The notes beneath the pieces were generated by a model, which was not told where the DNA came from, searched no databases, and saw nothing but the letters and a program-made list of their open reading frames with translations. Below, in pieces: positions 50,437 through 60,603 of a stretch of 64,000 nt of DNA. Within the stretch, counting starts at the first letter, position 1; each line of letters begins with the position of its first letter. Source of the DNA: Desulfobacterales bacterium (GTDB lineage Bacteria; Desulfobacterota; Desulfobacteria; Desulfobacterales; UBA5852); assembly GCA_963674755.2 (NCBI GenBank), contig CAXXVS010000003.1, forward strand, positions 1,568,001 through 1,632,000, written 5' to 3'. Made by a program: the position numbers and the translations under genes.

Positions 50437-51663
50437 ATGTTGACGCAACTCTCCGATTTGAGAGAATCCAACGAATTTTTGAATCTGCTGCTGGATAATA
50501 TCAACTCCGCGGTGCTCATTGCGGACGAAAAGATGCAGATCCATCAATTCAACAAAAGTTTTCTCGATCTGTTCGACCGCACTACGGATCAACCGGTTGA
50601 GCGGTCTTTCGGGCAGATCGCCGGCTGCGTCAACGCTGTGGTTGAAAACCGATCCTGCGGGCACACCTCCCAGTGCCAATTTTGCAGTATCCGCCGCTCC
50701 CTGCTCCAAACGCTGCTCGACAAAGCCCCGGTGGACCGCCAACGCATGGAACGCCGCTTTTATATCAACGGCCGGCCCGTGACCAAATACCTGGAGTTCA
50801 GCGCCCGGCCCATCCGGTTTCAGGGCCGCCGCATGATCCTGGTGATCATTTACGATATTACCGACATCGAAACACAGAAACGGGAGCTCCAAGCCAAACA
50901 GGATCAGATCGAGCATGACCTCCAAGCGGCGGCTGGCATCCAGCAAAGCCTGCTGCCCCATCATGCGCCTAAAATTCCATCCATTCATACCGCCTGGCAG
51001 TTTGAGCCCTGCGACCGGGTAGGGGGCGACATTTTCCAGGTTCATCAGACGGGGGCGGGAACCATCAGTGCCTATGTGCTGGATGTTTGCGGCCATGGGG
51101 TGTCGGCCGCCCTCGTGGCGGTGACGGTGACCCAGTTTTTGCAGGGACTGCAGAATCGCATGCGGCTGACCGGCCGGTTGTTTACCCCCGCAGCGGTTTT
51201 GGAACGCCTCAACCAGGCCTTCCCCCTGGACCGCTTCGACAGCTATTTTACGATTGCCTACATCAGTTTGGACATTCGGACAGGCCTGTTGACTTACGGC
51301 AACGCCGGCCACGTGCCTCCGCTCCTGCTGCGCGCGGACGGCCTTGTTGAGACGCTGTCCCAGCACGGCACCGTGATCGGCACCGGTTTCCAAGAACCCT
51401 TCGGTCAGGCCAGCGTCAGACTATTCCCGGGCGATCGTTTGATTCTCTACACGGACGGCCTGACGGATAATTTCGGACCGGAGGGCGAGCGGGAGGGGAG
51501 GCACCGGTTCCTGACAGCGTTGCGGAAGTTTGCCGATCGCCCGTTGGACGATCTGGTGGCGGCCGTCCTGGAGCAATCCCGATCCATGCGTGGCGACGTC
51601 CCTCCCACGGACGATATCAGCCTGCTGGCCCTCGACTATACAGGATCGTCCGAGCCGTCCTGA
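50437..51663 (+). CDS. SpoIIE/PP2C phosphatase with N-terminal PAS-like Cys-rich sensor
   Basis: IQQSLLP, VGGD, DVCGHG, NAGH, YTDG, DDIS; GCVN...CG...C..C in the N-terminal domain. Confidence 0.88.
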   Translation: MLTQLSDLRESNEFLNLLLDNINSAVLIADEKMQIHQFNKSFLDLFDRTTDQPVERSFGQIAGCVNAVVENRSCGHTSQCQFCSIRRSLLQTLLDKAPVDRQRMERRFYINGRPVTKYLEFSARPIRFQGRRMILVIIYDITDIETQKRELQAKQDQIEHDLQAAAGIQQSLLPHHAPKIPSIHTAWQFEPCDRVGGDIFQVHQTGAGTISAYVLDVCGHGVSAALVAVTVTQFLQGLQNRMRLTGRLFTPAAVLERLNQAFPLDRFDSYFTIAYISLDIRTGLLTYGNAGHVPPLLLRADGLVETLSQHGTVIGTGFQEPFGQASVRLFPGDRLILYTDGLTDNFGPEGEREGRHRFLTALRKFADRPLDDLVAAVLEQSRSMRGDVPPTDDISLLALDYTGSSEPS

Positions 51664-51673
51664 ACGGCTCGCG

Positions 51674-51904
51674 ATGAACGACCCGAGACTCGTGGAGAAA
51701 CTGGCGACAAAAGGGATCAAGAAATACATCGCCTACGAAGTGCCGGAGGACAAGGTCAAGGCGACATGCGGAAAGCACTACCAGGTGGTCATGGGCGATC
51801 TCAAGCCGTCCGACGACCTGCGGGTCCTGGACTATGACGGTCACCACGTGTTCTACAACTTTTCCATTAACGAACTCGGGGAACCGATTCGCCATGAAGC
51901 GTGA
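51674..51904 (+). CDS. Small conserved-type hypothetical protein, possibly N-terminally truncated
   Basis: KGIKKYIAYEVP, DDLRVLDYDG; no clear RBS. Confidence 0.5.
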   Translation: MNDPRLVEKLATKGIKKYIAYEVPEDKVKATCGKHYQVVMGDLKPSDDLRVLDYDGHHVFYNFSINELGEPIRHEA

Positions 51905-52006
51905 TCCGAACGTTTGATCCGTCCGGCTCGCGGATAATCAGGCTGGGCAGGTGGAAAGCCGTCAAGGAAATCTGTTCGTGACAGAGCCCCTTTCTTGGCG
52001 GTCCGG

Positions 52007-52035
52007 TTGACAAATCCCCGTGAATCCACTTTAAT
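52007..52035 (+). promoter_or_regulatory. Putative sigma70 promoter upstream of the acyl-CoA ligase
   Basis: TTGACA-N17-TTTAAT. Confidence 0.55.
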
Positions 52036-52376
52036 CGGCCGGCACACGGCATGATACCCAACCACCGGGTCAACAAGCTTCAGACCTTAAGTGACGTACT
52101 CTTCACCAGACGTGCGTCACTGTCCGATACCAGCAGCGTGCGCCATATTCCGCAACAGCGCGACAGGCGGCTATCCCTGCAACCGGCCCGCCGCACTGGG
52201 AACCATTCGCAAAGCCGTTTACAGGACGGCAGCATGATGCGTTGCCGTCTTTTCCCATTCGATCGAACCGTCTTGACCCAATAGATTTCTTCGGCCCTTC
52301 ATGCGATGGCGACGAAGCCGACCCCAAATGAGGCCGGGGAATTGAATCCATAGCACGCCACCAGCCGGGAGGGATT

Positions 52377-54152
52377 ATGACCAAGACCACGATCATGGAC
52401 GTCATGGGCGAAACGGTTGCCAAGCACGGTCCCAATATCGCGCTCAAAGTGAAGCGCAACGGCGCGTGGGAGTCAACGACCTGGCGGGAGTACTACCATC
52501 AGGTGAAAACCACCGCCCGGGCCTTCATGGCGCTCGGCCTTGAATCCGGCAAGGCCGTCAATATTCTGGGCAACAATTGCCCCCAGTGGTTCATCAGCAA
52601 CCTGGCGGCCATTTTTGCCGGCGCCGTACCGGGCGGGATCTATACCACCAGCAGCCCCGAGCAGTGCCGGTTCATTGCCGGCCACAGTGAAGCCAATATC
52701 GTGGTGGTGGAAGATGCCGGCCAGCTGGCCAAATTCAAGTCCATCTGGCATGACTTGCCCCAGCTGAAAGCCGTTGTCCTGATGACGGGCACCGATGACG
52801 ACGAGCGGGTCTATGCCTGGGAGGACCTTCCCCCCCTGGCCGGCAAAGTTCCCGAAACCGATCTGGATGACCGTATGGAAGGCCAGGCGCCGGACGATTG
52901 CTGCACGCTGATCTATACGTCGGGGACCACGGGCGACCCCAAGGGAGTCATGATCACCCATGACAATGTCACCTGGACGGCCCGCCAGGCGGTCGCCGTG
53001 ACCGGGGCGCGGCCCAACGACGAGATCATCAGCTACCTTCCTTTAAGCCACATCGCCGAGCAGGTGGTCAGCCTGTTGGTGCCGCTGAGTGTCGGCAGCA
53101 CGACCTGGTTTGCCGAAAGCATGGACAAGCTGGGCGACAATCTGCGGGAAGTGCGTCCCACCCTGTTCGTGGGCGTTCCCCGGGTGTGGGAGAAAATCCA
53201 GGCCAAGATGGTGGAGGCCGGCGCCCGGAATTCAGGATTGAAAAAGAAGATTGCCGCCTGGGCCCGGGCCAAGGGCCTGGCCAACGGATATGCCCGCCAG
53301 GAGGGGAAGCCCGCACCGGCCTTATTCGGCCTGGCCCATACGCTGGTGTTCGCCAAGGTGCGCGAGCGGCTGGGATTCGATCGCTGCCGTTTGTTCATCT
53401 CCACGGCGGCCCCCATTTCCTTGGATACCCTGGAGTTTTTCATGAGCCTGGACATCCCGGTGACCGAGGTCTACGGCATGAGTGAGTGTACGGGGCCGGC
53501 CACCGTGTCCCTGCCTGAGCCCCACCAATACCGTACCGGATGGGCGGGCCCCCCCTTGCCAGGGACGGAAATCGCAGTGAGCGCGTCCGGCGGAGTGCTC
53601 ATGCGCGGCCGTCACGTGTTCAAGGGGTATTTCAAGAATGAGGCGGCCACCCGCGAAACCCTCGATGCCGAAGGCTGGCTGCATTCCGGGGACGTGGGCA
53701 CAATCGACGACAAGGGGTTTTTAAAGATCACCGACCGCATGAAGGAGTTGATCGTCACGGCGGGGGGTGAGAACGTGCCCCCCCAGGTTCTGGAGGGCAA
53801 GTACAAGAGCATCCCGGTCCTCAACCAGGTGGTGGTGATCGGCGACCGGCGCAAACACATGGCGGCGCTCTTCACCCTGGATCCCGTCAAGGTCGAGGCC
53901 GTCGCCGCCGCAGCCGGCAGCACGGCTGTCACAACCGCCGAAGCCGCCGCCTGCCCGCACTTCCAGGCCTATCTCCAGGGGGAAGTGGAGCGCATCAACG
54001 CCACCCTGCCGCGCGCCTGGGGCGTCAAAAAATTTGTGGTCCTGCCGGAGGAATTGTCCATTGAAGGCGGCGAACTGACCCCCACCATGAAGCTCAAGCG
54101 GCGCGTGGTCTACCGCAAGTATGCCCAAGAGATTGAACGCCTGTACGCTTAA
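52377..54152 (+). CDS. fadD: Long-chain fatty acid-CoA ligase (AMP-binding, bubblegum/ACSBG-like)
   Basis: YTSGTTGDPKG, SYLPLSHIAE, YGMSE, GWLHSGD, DRMKELIVTAGGENV, ELTPTMK. Confidence 0.9.
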   Translation: MTKTTIMDVMGETVAKHGPNIALKVKRNGAWESTTWREYYHQVKTTARAFMALGLESGKAVNILGNNCPQWFISNLAAIFAGAVPGGIYTTSSPEQCRFIAGHSEANIVVVEDAGQLAKFKSIWHDLPQLKAVVLMTGTDDDERVYAWEDLPPLAGKVPETDLDDRMEGQAPDDCCTLIYTSGTTGDPKGVMITHDNVTWTARQAVAVTGARPNDEIISYLPLSHIAEQVVSLLVPLSVGSTTWFAESMDKLGDNLREVRPTLFVGVPRVWEKIQAKMVEAGARNSGLKKKIAAWARAKGLANGYARQEGKPAPALFGLAHTLVFAKVRERLGFDRCRLFISTAAPISLDTLEFFMSLDIPVTEVYGMSECTGPATVSLPEPHQYRTGWAGPPLPGTEIAVSASGGVLMRGRHVFKGYFKNEAATRETLDAEGWLHSGDVGTIDDKGFLKITDRMKELIVTAGGENVPPQVLEGKYKSIPVLNQVVVIGDRRKHMAALFTLDPVKVEAVAAAAGSTAVTTAEAAACPHFQAYLQGEVERINATLPRAWGVKKFVVLPEELSIEGGELTPTMKLKRRVVYRKYAQEIERLYA

Positions 54153-54375
54153 ACCAATCTTGTTGCCTCTCCGGTGTAAGGGGCGAGGGCTGCTCACGTG
54201 CGGGATCGAAGAGCGGTCCTGATGGCGGTCGTCTGTTTTATGGCTGTCAATGAAATGGGGGCTTCCGGAGAGCGGGCCCGCGCTCACATCACCGTTTAGG
54301 GGATAAGCCGGCAGGTGAGATCCGCCGGCAAGGCCATGAGATCATGGTCGTGCCGGCGGTTTCAGGCTGGAGGGC

Positions 54376-54744
54376 CTAACGGGAGCCGCTGATACCGAAG
54401 GAAAAGGAAAAAAAGGGATCCGATACGGAACCGGCCGCCTGATACTGGTCGCCGCGGTCGTCATACGCATCGCTGTCGTAATGGTGGTAGACATGTTGTT
54501 CGACCATTCGATGCGTCGGCCGGGGGCAGTCGCTACGATGCCACGGACCGCGATGCCATCGATCCCCTCGGTGCCTCGGTCCATGGCGCCAAACCGGGGC
54601 TTTTCGGAAATCACGGCCATGGTGCATGTGTCGCTGGTCGACATAGTGACCGGGACGATGATCGCGGCTGGCCCAGGCACTTCCTGAGAAGACGAGTACA
54701 AATCCGATCAGCGCCAGACTGATGAATGCCATTTTTTGTTTCAT
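54376..54744 (-). CDS. Secreted His/Arg-rich low-complexity protein
   Basis: Signal peptide ending AWA, His/Arg-rich middle, aromatic C-terminal strand; AAGGAGG RBS. Confidence 0.7.
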   Translation of the reverse strand: MKQKMAFISLALIGFVLVFSGSAWASRDHRPGHYVDQRHMHHGRDFRKAPVWRHGPRHRGDRWHRGPWHRSDCPRPTHRMVEQHVYHHYDSDAYDDRGDQYQAAGSVSDPFFSFSFGISGSR

Positions 54745-54897
54745 GACGTCCTCCTTGAAATTGTCGTCGGTGATCCTGTGGCCCGTGTTTGCATCCTATG
54801 ACGACCGGGATCAGGAAAAAGTTGACATGGTCGGTAATCCTGCGCCGAACTTGTCTAATGCCTAAGATTATCAAGGAGTTTTACGGATATGCGGGCC

Positions 54898-57546
54898 TTA
54901 ATGGCCTTTTATCAAGGCTTTGAACCCTTCGGTGGGCCTTATGTTTTCCAGGTCCGGGTCGTTTTTGATGGCGCTCCAGTTGTCGTAGCCGTTTTGAATG
55001 GCGCGCTGGAGCCATTCCAGGGCCGCGGCCGGGTCGCCCATTTTGGCATACATGCAGGCGATATTGTAGCAGGTCCCGGGTTCGGACGGCATCATGGCCA
55101 GGATTTCCTTGAAGCGCTCTATGGCGGCCTGGTAGTCCCCCTTGCGGGCATGGGCAAGGGCCTGTTGATGCAAATCGCTGGGGGAAACAGGTCCGGGTGC
55201 TTGTCCGGCCGACTGAAGAATTTCCATCCCCTGGAGGGCGCCCGGATGGGCCGGGTTGAGTCGAAGGGCCTGCTCGAATTGCTGGCGGGCGTCTTCGGCA
55301 TCGCCCATCCGCAGAAGGGCGATGCCCAGATTGACGTGCGCGTCTTCAAACTTCGGATCCAACCGGATCGCCTCCTGATAATTGGCGATGGCGGATTCAA
55401 ATTGTTTCTGCTCGGTAAGAATATTCCCGATGTTGTTATACGCACTGGCATAGGTCGGGTCCAGGGCGAGGGCTTCCCGGTTTTGGGCAAGGGCTTCAGC
55501 CGTATCCCCCCGTGCGGCGAGAAGGAGCCCCAGATTGGTATGGGCCTCGATCAGACCGGGATCCAGGCGGAGCGCCTCACGATAATGCCGTTCGGCCTTG
55601 TCCTTGTCATCGAGGGTCATATACACGTTGGCCATGTTGAAGTGGGCCGCGGCCGTGTCCGGATCGGCGGCGATTGCCCGCCGGTAGTACTCCAGCGCTT
55701 GATGGGGATGGCCCTGATCCTGCAGGAGCTTGCCGATATCCACTAAAAGTTCGGCATTGGCCGGATCCTGCGCCAGGGCCTGCTCGAAATACATGCGGGC
55801 CTGGTCGAATTCTTTCTTGTCCGCATAAATTTTGCCGATGCTGCTGAGGACCAGGGGCTGCTCCGGCGATAGATCGAGCGCTTGGCGGTAGGCTTCCAGG
55901 GCCTGATCGGTTTTCCCTTGGGCGACGTCGATATCGCCGATGCGGGCGTAGACGTCGGCAAAATTGGGATCCAGGTGGCGCGCCTGCTCAAGATAGGCGC
56001 GCGCTTCGTCGTATTTTTCCTGAGCCAGGAGGACGACGGCAAGATTATAGTATGCCTTGACGTAGGCGGGCTGCAGCGCAATCGCCTTGCGGTAGGGTGC
56101 CTCCGCTTCCGCATAGTCCCCCCGGCGTGCATCGATATTGCCGATGTTGTTATATACTTCTCCATATTCAGGGTCTATCTCAAGGGCCATGCGATATTGC
56201 GCCATGGCCTTTTCGTACGCCCCGCTTGCCGCGAAGGCCGCTCCCAGACTGAATCGGGGGCGTGCTTTGTGGGGCGACTTGTCGACGCAATCCTGCCAGA
56301 AGGTGATCCCGTCCTGCCAGACCTTGTTGCGCTGGTAGGTCCAGAAAGAGAACAAAAGGGCCGGCAAGAGAAGTACACCAACGGCGAGTTTCTTTTGCCG
56401 GATATGGGTAAAGGTCCACACCACCGGCATGAGGGGAACGAGCATGGTCGGGAGGTAGGTCCGGTGTTCGAAGATGATGTCCAGGGGGATGACCGACGAT
56501 TCGATGAGGAGGTTTCCCAAATACCAGAAAATCGAAAAGGACAACAGACGGTGTTTGCGGGCGCCCCAGCAGGCGATGACGAGGGCTGTGCCGATCAGTA
56601 TCAAGGCGATCAACGTGGTCGGCGGGCTAACCAACGAGGTTGAAAGCGGATAGTCGTAATCGATATTGAGCCGGTCAGGCCTGGGGAACAGGAACAGGCT
56701 CAGGTAATAAACGATCACCCTGGGCTGGGTCAGGATTCGCTGTCCATAGGTGAAGCGATCCCTGCTGAAGGCATACAAGTTGGTGAGTCTGTCCAGCGGA
56801 TTTTGGCCGAGCAACAAGAGGGCGACCGCCAGCAGGATGGCAAAGACGCCGGCGATGATCCATAGCCGCCGGCGTAACCATTGCGGGTCCGAGGCCTGGA
56901 AGAAATACCACTCATAAAGCAGAATAAAAAGGGGCAGGATGGCGGCATTTTGTTTGCAGCCGAGCGACAGGATCCAGGCCAGAAGAGCGCCGAGGTGCCA
57001 CGGCCAGCTTTGGCGCAAGCGGCCCCCCGAGCGCCGGCCTTGAATGTAGAGGCAGAAGGCCAGCAGGTAGAAAAAAGCCGCCATGCTGTTGGCCCGCTGG
57101 ACGATATAGGTCACGGATTGCGTGTGAAGCGGGTTGGTAAACCAGAGCATGGCGGTTAAAAATGCAATGGCGGCGCGTTGGGTGGAATCGCCTTTCAGGC
57201 CGGACAATTGGAGCGTCCAAAGCAGAAAAACAAACAACAGGATGCCGTTGGCAATGTGAATGGCGATGTTGACGACATGATAGCCGGTGGTATCGTCGCC
57301 ATCGAACAGGTAATTTATCGCGAAGGTGATGTTCGCCAGCGGCCGGCTCTTCGATCCCGGGGGCCGGAACGCGGCGTTTCGGAGGCCATCGAGTGACAGA
57401 TGATCGAGACGGAGTTGAGGGTTTTCAAGGATTCGGGGCCTGCTGTCAAACAGAAACGGCGACTCAAGGGTGTTGGAATAGAGGATGGCGCCGGCGGCCG
57501 AAAAGGCCAAGGCGGCCAAGATGGTGATGATGAGCACACGCTTCAT
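54898..57546 (-). CDS. TMTC-like GT-C membrane protein with multiple TPR repeats (putative protein O-glycosyltransferase)
   Basis: PFLFD, SRPLAN, YHVVNIAIH, NPLHTQSVTYIVQR, FEHRTYLP, RNKVW, about 10 TPRs, CYNIAC..A tail. Confidence 0.82.
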   Translation of the reverse strand: MKRVLIITILAALAFSAAGAILYSNTLESPFLFDSRPRILENPQLRLDHLSLDGLRNAAFRPPGSKSRPLANITFAINYLFDGDDTTGYHVVNIAIHIANGILLFVFLLWTLQLSGLKGDSTQRAAIAFLTAMLWFTNPLHTQSVTYIVQRANSMAAFFYLLAFCLYIQGRRSGGRLRQSWPWHLGALLAWILSLGCKQNAAILPLFILLYEWYFFQASDPQWLRRRLWIIAGVFAILLAVALLLLGQNPLDRLTNLYAFSRDRFTYGQRILTQPRVIVYYLSLFLFPRPDRLNIDYDYPLSTSLVSPPTTLIALILIGTALVIACWGARKHRLLSFSIFWYLGNLLIESSVIPLDIIFEHRTYLPTMLVPLMPVVWTFTHIRQKKLAVGVLLLPALLFSFWTYQRNKVWQDGITFWQDCVDKSPHKARPRFSLGAAFAASGAYEKAMAQYRMALEIDPEYGEVYNNIGNIDARRGDYAEAEAPYRKAIALQPAYVKAYYNLAVVLLAQEKYDEARAYLEQARHLDPNFADVYARIGDIDVAQGKTDQALEAYRQALDLSPEQPLVLSSIGKIYADKKEFDQARMYFEQALAQDPANAELLVDIGKLLQDQGHPHQALEYYRRAIAADPDTAAAHFNMANVYMTLDDKDKAERHYREALRLDPGLIEAHTNLGLLLAARGDTAEALAQNREALALDPTYASAYNNIGNILTEQKQFESAIANYQEAIRLDPKFEDAHVNLGIALLRMGDAEDARQQFEQALRLNPAHPGALQGMEILQSAGQAPGPVSPSDLHQQALAHARKGDYQAAIERFKEILAMMPSEPGTCYNIACMYAKMGDPAAALEWLQRAIQNGYDNWSAIKNDPDLENIRPTEGFKALIKGH

Positions 57547-57592
57547 AAACGTTCGATTCCTCTTCACAGGCGTCCCGACGGTGGGGTCCCCC

Positions 57593-58543
57593 TCAGCCGC
57601 GGTCCAAAAAGGCGACGATACCGCCGATCGCCGCGACAATGAGCATCTGGGTGAGAAACAAGAGGCCTAACAGCACCCCCTTTTCAGCCGGCAGTGCAGC
57701 CAGGCTGAAGAGAAACGCGTAGGCCGACTCCCGCAGCCCGATGCCGTTCAATGTAACCGGTATCATCTGAAGGAGCAAAACGATCGACGCCATCCAGCCG
57801 AGTTGCAGAAAACCGAGCGGGGTGCCGATGGCCGTGGCGAGCAGATAGACCCGCAAGAGATAGACAAAATGCCAGAGCAGGGCGATCGCCAGACACGCTC
57901 CCAAAACCGATAGGCGGTTGAGATAGAAGTCAACAAAGTGGTCCGGCCGGGCAATCCGTCCCGCAAAGGGCAAGGCGTCCAATTTGGGGATGCGGCCGAT
58001 CAGCGCGTTGAAGGCCGTGTTTACCAGCGGCGCAAAGAGATAGATCAGGATCACGCCCGTGGCGGCCAGGCCGCCAAGGGCAAGCGGCATCATCAGGGGG
58101 CGGAGGCGCTCCGTCCCGGGCGAGGCGAGTGTCAGTTGGAGCAGCAAAACGACGAGGCAAAGAACGAAAAGGAAGCTGGCCCGTTCCAGAACCATAACGG
58201 TGATGAATCGGCCGCGGTCGTTTTGGGCTTTGGTTGTCGCCACCCAGCGCACAAGCCCCTGCCCGACGGCGGGGGTCAAGAAAAACGCATAGAACCGGCA
58301 GAGCAGATTGATGCGGAACAAGGCCGCCAGGCTCCGCTGGATTCCGGAAGGCACCAACAGCAGCCGGAACTTGCCGGCCAGCACAAGACTGTTGAGTAAA
58401 AGTAAAATGAAGGACGCCCCGTAATAGTATATATTGGTTGCGGCCAGCACCGACAGCATGGCCCGCAGGTCCACCTTGTGAAGGACCGCGGCGATAAAAA
58501 CGGCCGATATGGCAACTTTAATAATCGTTTTGTAGCGCGCCAA
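57593..58543 (-). CDS. Lysylphosphatidylglycerol synthase TM-domain (UPF0104) flippase-like protein
   Basis: About 8 TM segments, LERA, IPVTLNGIGLRE motif. Confidence 0.82.
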   Translation of the reverse strand: MARYKTIIKVAISAVFIAAVLHKVDLRAMLSVLAATNIYYYGASFILLLLNSLVLAGKFRLLLVPSGIQRSLAALFRINLLCRFYAFFLTPAVGQGLVRWVATTKAQNDRGRFITVMVLERASFLFVLCLVVLLLQLTLASPGTERLRPLMMPLALGGLAATGVILIYLFAPLVNTAFNALIGRIPKLDALPFAGRIARPDHFVDFYLNRLSVLGACLAIALLWHFVYLLRVYLLATAIGTPLGFLQLGWMASIVLLLQMIPVTLNGIGLRESAYAFLFSLAALPAEKGVLLGLLFLTQMLIVAAIGGIVAFLDRG

Positions 58544-58576
58544 GATTCCGTCACCTAGTACGTTATCATGTTGCGG

Positions 58577-59542
58577 TCACCCAGGGTAGGCAATGTCGTA
58601 GCCCAATCGCCCCAGCATCGGGTCCAACACGCTTCGTACCATATTAAGTTGATCGGGGGTGAATTCCCGCTGCCACTTGTTGAAATTGTTCTTGTTCATT
58701 TCAGGGAGGCCATCAAGAAACGAACCGGAGGCGTCAAGCCCTGTGAAGGCAATGATCTCGGAAACAATGCGGCGCCCGTCACGGAGCATGTCTTCGTAGC
58801 GAACGTCTAACCGTCGGGAGGGGGGAATACTGTCCCAGGCATCGCGGACCGCTTCAACGCATTTCAGCCACTGGAGCGCATTGAAGCGCAGCAGGCGGTT
58901 GTCGTCATACTGCCTCTCCCAGCCCCGGAAACGCGGCCCCCAGCCTACCGCGCCCTGCCAGCGCTTGCGGTTGAGATGTTTTCTCTTGTCGACGAGATGG
59001 CCGTGGGTCTCGAACCACAGGGATCTGAGCCGATCCTGCCATAGCGGTTGACGTCCCAGCCAGTCTTGTAAGACACCGAAGGCCCGGCCATAATTGAAGC
59101 GGCGATGGCGTGCCGGGTCGTTTACGATTTGCCGCCGTCGCTGCCATTCCCTATGGATGGAAAGGGTCGCATCGCGCCCATCCCGGATGAGATGGATAAA
59201 CCGTGCGTGTGGGAAAATGGCCTTTATGAAGGGGATCTTCAGGCTGTTGCGGGGTGATTTGTCAACGATCAGGGACGCACCGGAGCGGTCGCGGTAGCGC
59301 CTAAAGTCCCGGCGGATCTGGGCGACGACCGCCGGTCGGGCATCTTCTGCGGAGCGCTCGTCGTGCGGCCAATGCCTGAAATGGTGGTCCCAAATAAAGT
59401 ACGGTTCGTACCACTGGCAAATGCATTGGTGGCGGCCCAGCATTTCGCCCAGAATTGTCGTACCGGAGCGCGGCGAGCCGACGATGAAGACGACGGCCTT
59501 GTCAATCGGGGGGGGGCAGGCTTTGGTCATTACGGTGTTCAT
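58577..59542 (-). CDS. PAPS-dependent sulfotransferase
   Basis: FIVGSPRSGTTIL (5'-PSB), DKSP, HLIRDGRDATLS (3'-PB), VRYEDM. Confidence 0.9.
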   Translation of the reverse strand: MNTVMTKACPPPIDKAVVFIVGSPRSGTTILGEMLGRHQCICQWYEPYFIWDHHFRHWPHDERSAEDARPAVVAQIRRDFRRYRDRSGASLIVDKSPRNSLKIPFIKAIFPHARFIHLIRDGRDATLSIHREWQRRRQIVNDPARHRRFNYGRAFGVLQDWLGRQPLWQDRLRSLWFETHGHLVDKRKHLNRKRWQGAVGWGPRFRGWERQYDDNRLLRFNALQWLKCVEAVRDAWDSIPPSRRLDVRYEDMLRDGRRIVSEIIAFTGLDASGSFLDGLPEMNKNNFNKWQREFTPDQLNMVRSVLDPMLGRLGYDIAYPG

Positions 59543-59558
59543 AACGGAGATTGGTATG

Positions 59559-60602
59559 TTATCGCCACCAGGCCTTCATGATGGCCCGGGTGAAATTGAG
59601 CGCGTATTTGAGATCCCGGCCCTTTTTACTTTTGCCGTACTTGCGGCGCATAATGGTAACGGGCTTTTCTCCGATCCGTATGCCGGTCCTTACCGCTTCA
59701 ATGATCAGTTCGCTGGTATGGTACTGGTCCTCGTGCAGATCGATGGATGGCATGATGCGCAGGTCGAAGGCCCGGTAGCCGCTCGAAGGATCCGTAATCT
59801 TTTTTCCCAGCAGCAGGCTGATGAGCCCGCCGAAGAGATAGACGCCCGTGATGCGGAGCAGGCTGTCCCTTTCCCGTTGCCCCAACACCCTCGATCCGAT
59901 GACAAACTCATAGTCCCCTGCCAGGATCGGGCGAACCAGAGCGGCCATATCCTCCGGCCGATGCTGGCAGTCCGCATCCATGGTGACGCATATGCGGGCG
60001 TTCGAATTTTTGAGGATGTCGTAGCCGAGGCGCAGGGAGGCCCCGCCGCCGCGGTTGATGGGATTGGAGACGGCCAGGCAGCCGTGTTCTTCCGCCACGC
60101 TACGGGTGGCGTCTTCGCTGCCGTCGTCCACCACCAGAATCCCGACGTCCATATCGTCAATGGCAGCCGGCATGGAGGCCAGCAAGTGCGTCAGGTTGTC
60201 GGCTTCATTATAGGCCGGGATAACGACCATGATCGGCTTGATGCGATCGCCGAGCTGGGCGGCCTTTTCGAGGGCGACCACCCCCATGCTGCGGACCAGG
60301 CGATCGAACTGGATCCGCAGGTTTTCAATGCGTGATTTGGAATAGAAGGTGAAAAACAGCAGGAAGATGTTGGATAGAATGAGCAGGGCCAGAAGCCGGC
60401 CGCGCTGCTGATCTTCGAGGGCCAGCATGTCCCGCAGAAAATTGATCGAGGCCGGATTGATGGTGATCGTGATGAGGAACAGGTTGAAAAGCGAGAAGAA
60501 AAGAAAATTGGCCCGCTTCCAGCGGGCGCCCCGGTAGACGAGGAAGGTGGTGATCAGGCCGACGATTCCCACGAGCAATCCGATGAGACGCAAGTTCGAC
60601 AT
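59559..60602 (-). CDS. GT2 glycosyltransferase, DPM1-like, with N-terminal membrane (DUF2304-like) domain
   Basis: IPAYNE, VVDDGS, MDADCQH, VIGSR, TDPSSGYRA, R..G.SK; three N-terminal TM helices. Confidence 0.88.
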   Translation of the reverse strand: MSNLRLIGLLVGIVGLITTFLVYRGARWKRANFLFFSLFNLFLITITINPASINFLRDMLALEDQQRGRLLALLILSNIFLLFFTFYSKSRIENLRIQFDRLVRSMGVVALEKAAQLGDRIKPIMVVIPAYNEADNLTHLLASMPAAIDDMDVGILVVDDGSEDATRSVAEEHGCLAVSNPINRGGGASLRLGYDILKNSNARICVTMDADCQHRPEDMAALVRPILAGDYEFVIGSRVLGQRERDSLLRITGVYLFGGLISLLLGKKITDPSSGYRAFDLRIMPSIDLHEDQYHTSELIIEAVRTGIRIGEKPVTIMRRKYGKSKKGRDLKYALNFTRAIMKAWWR

Positions 60603-60603
60603 G

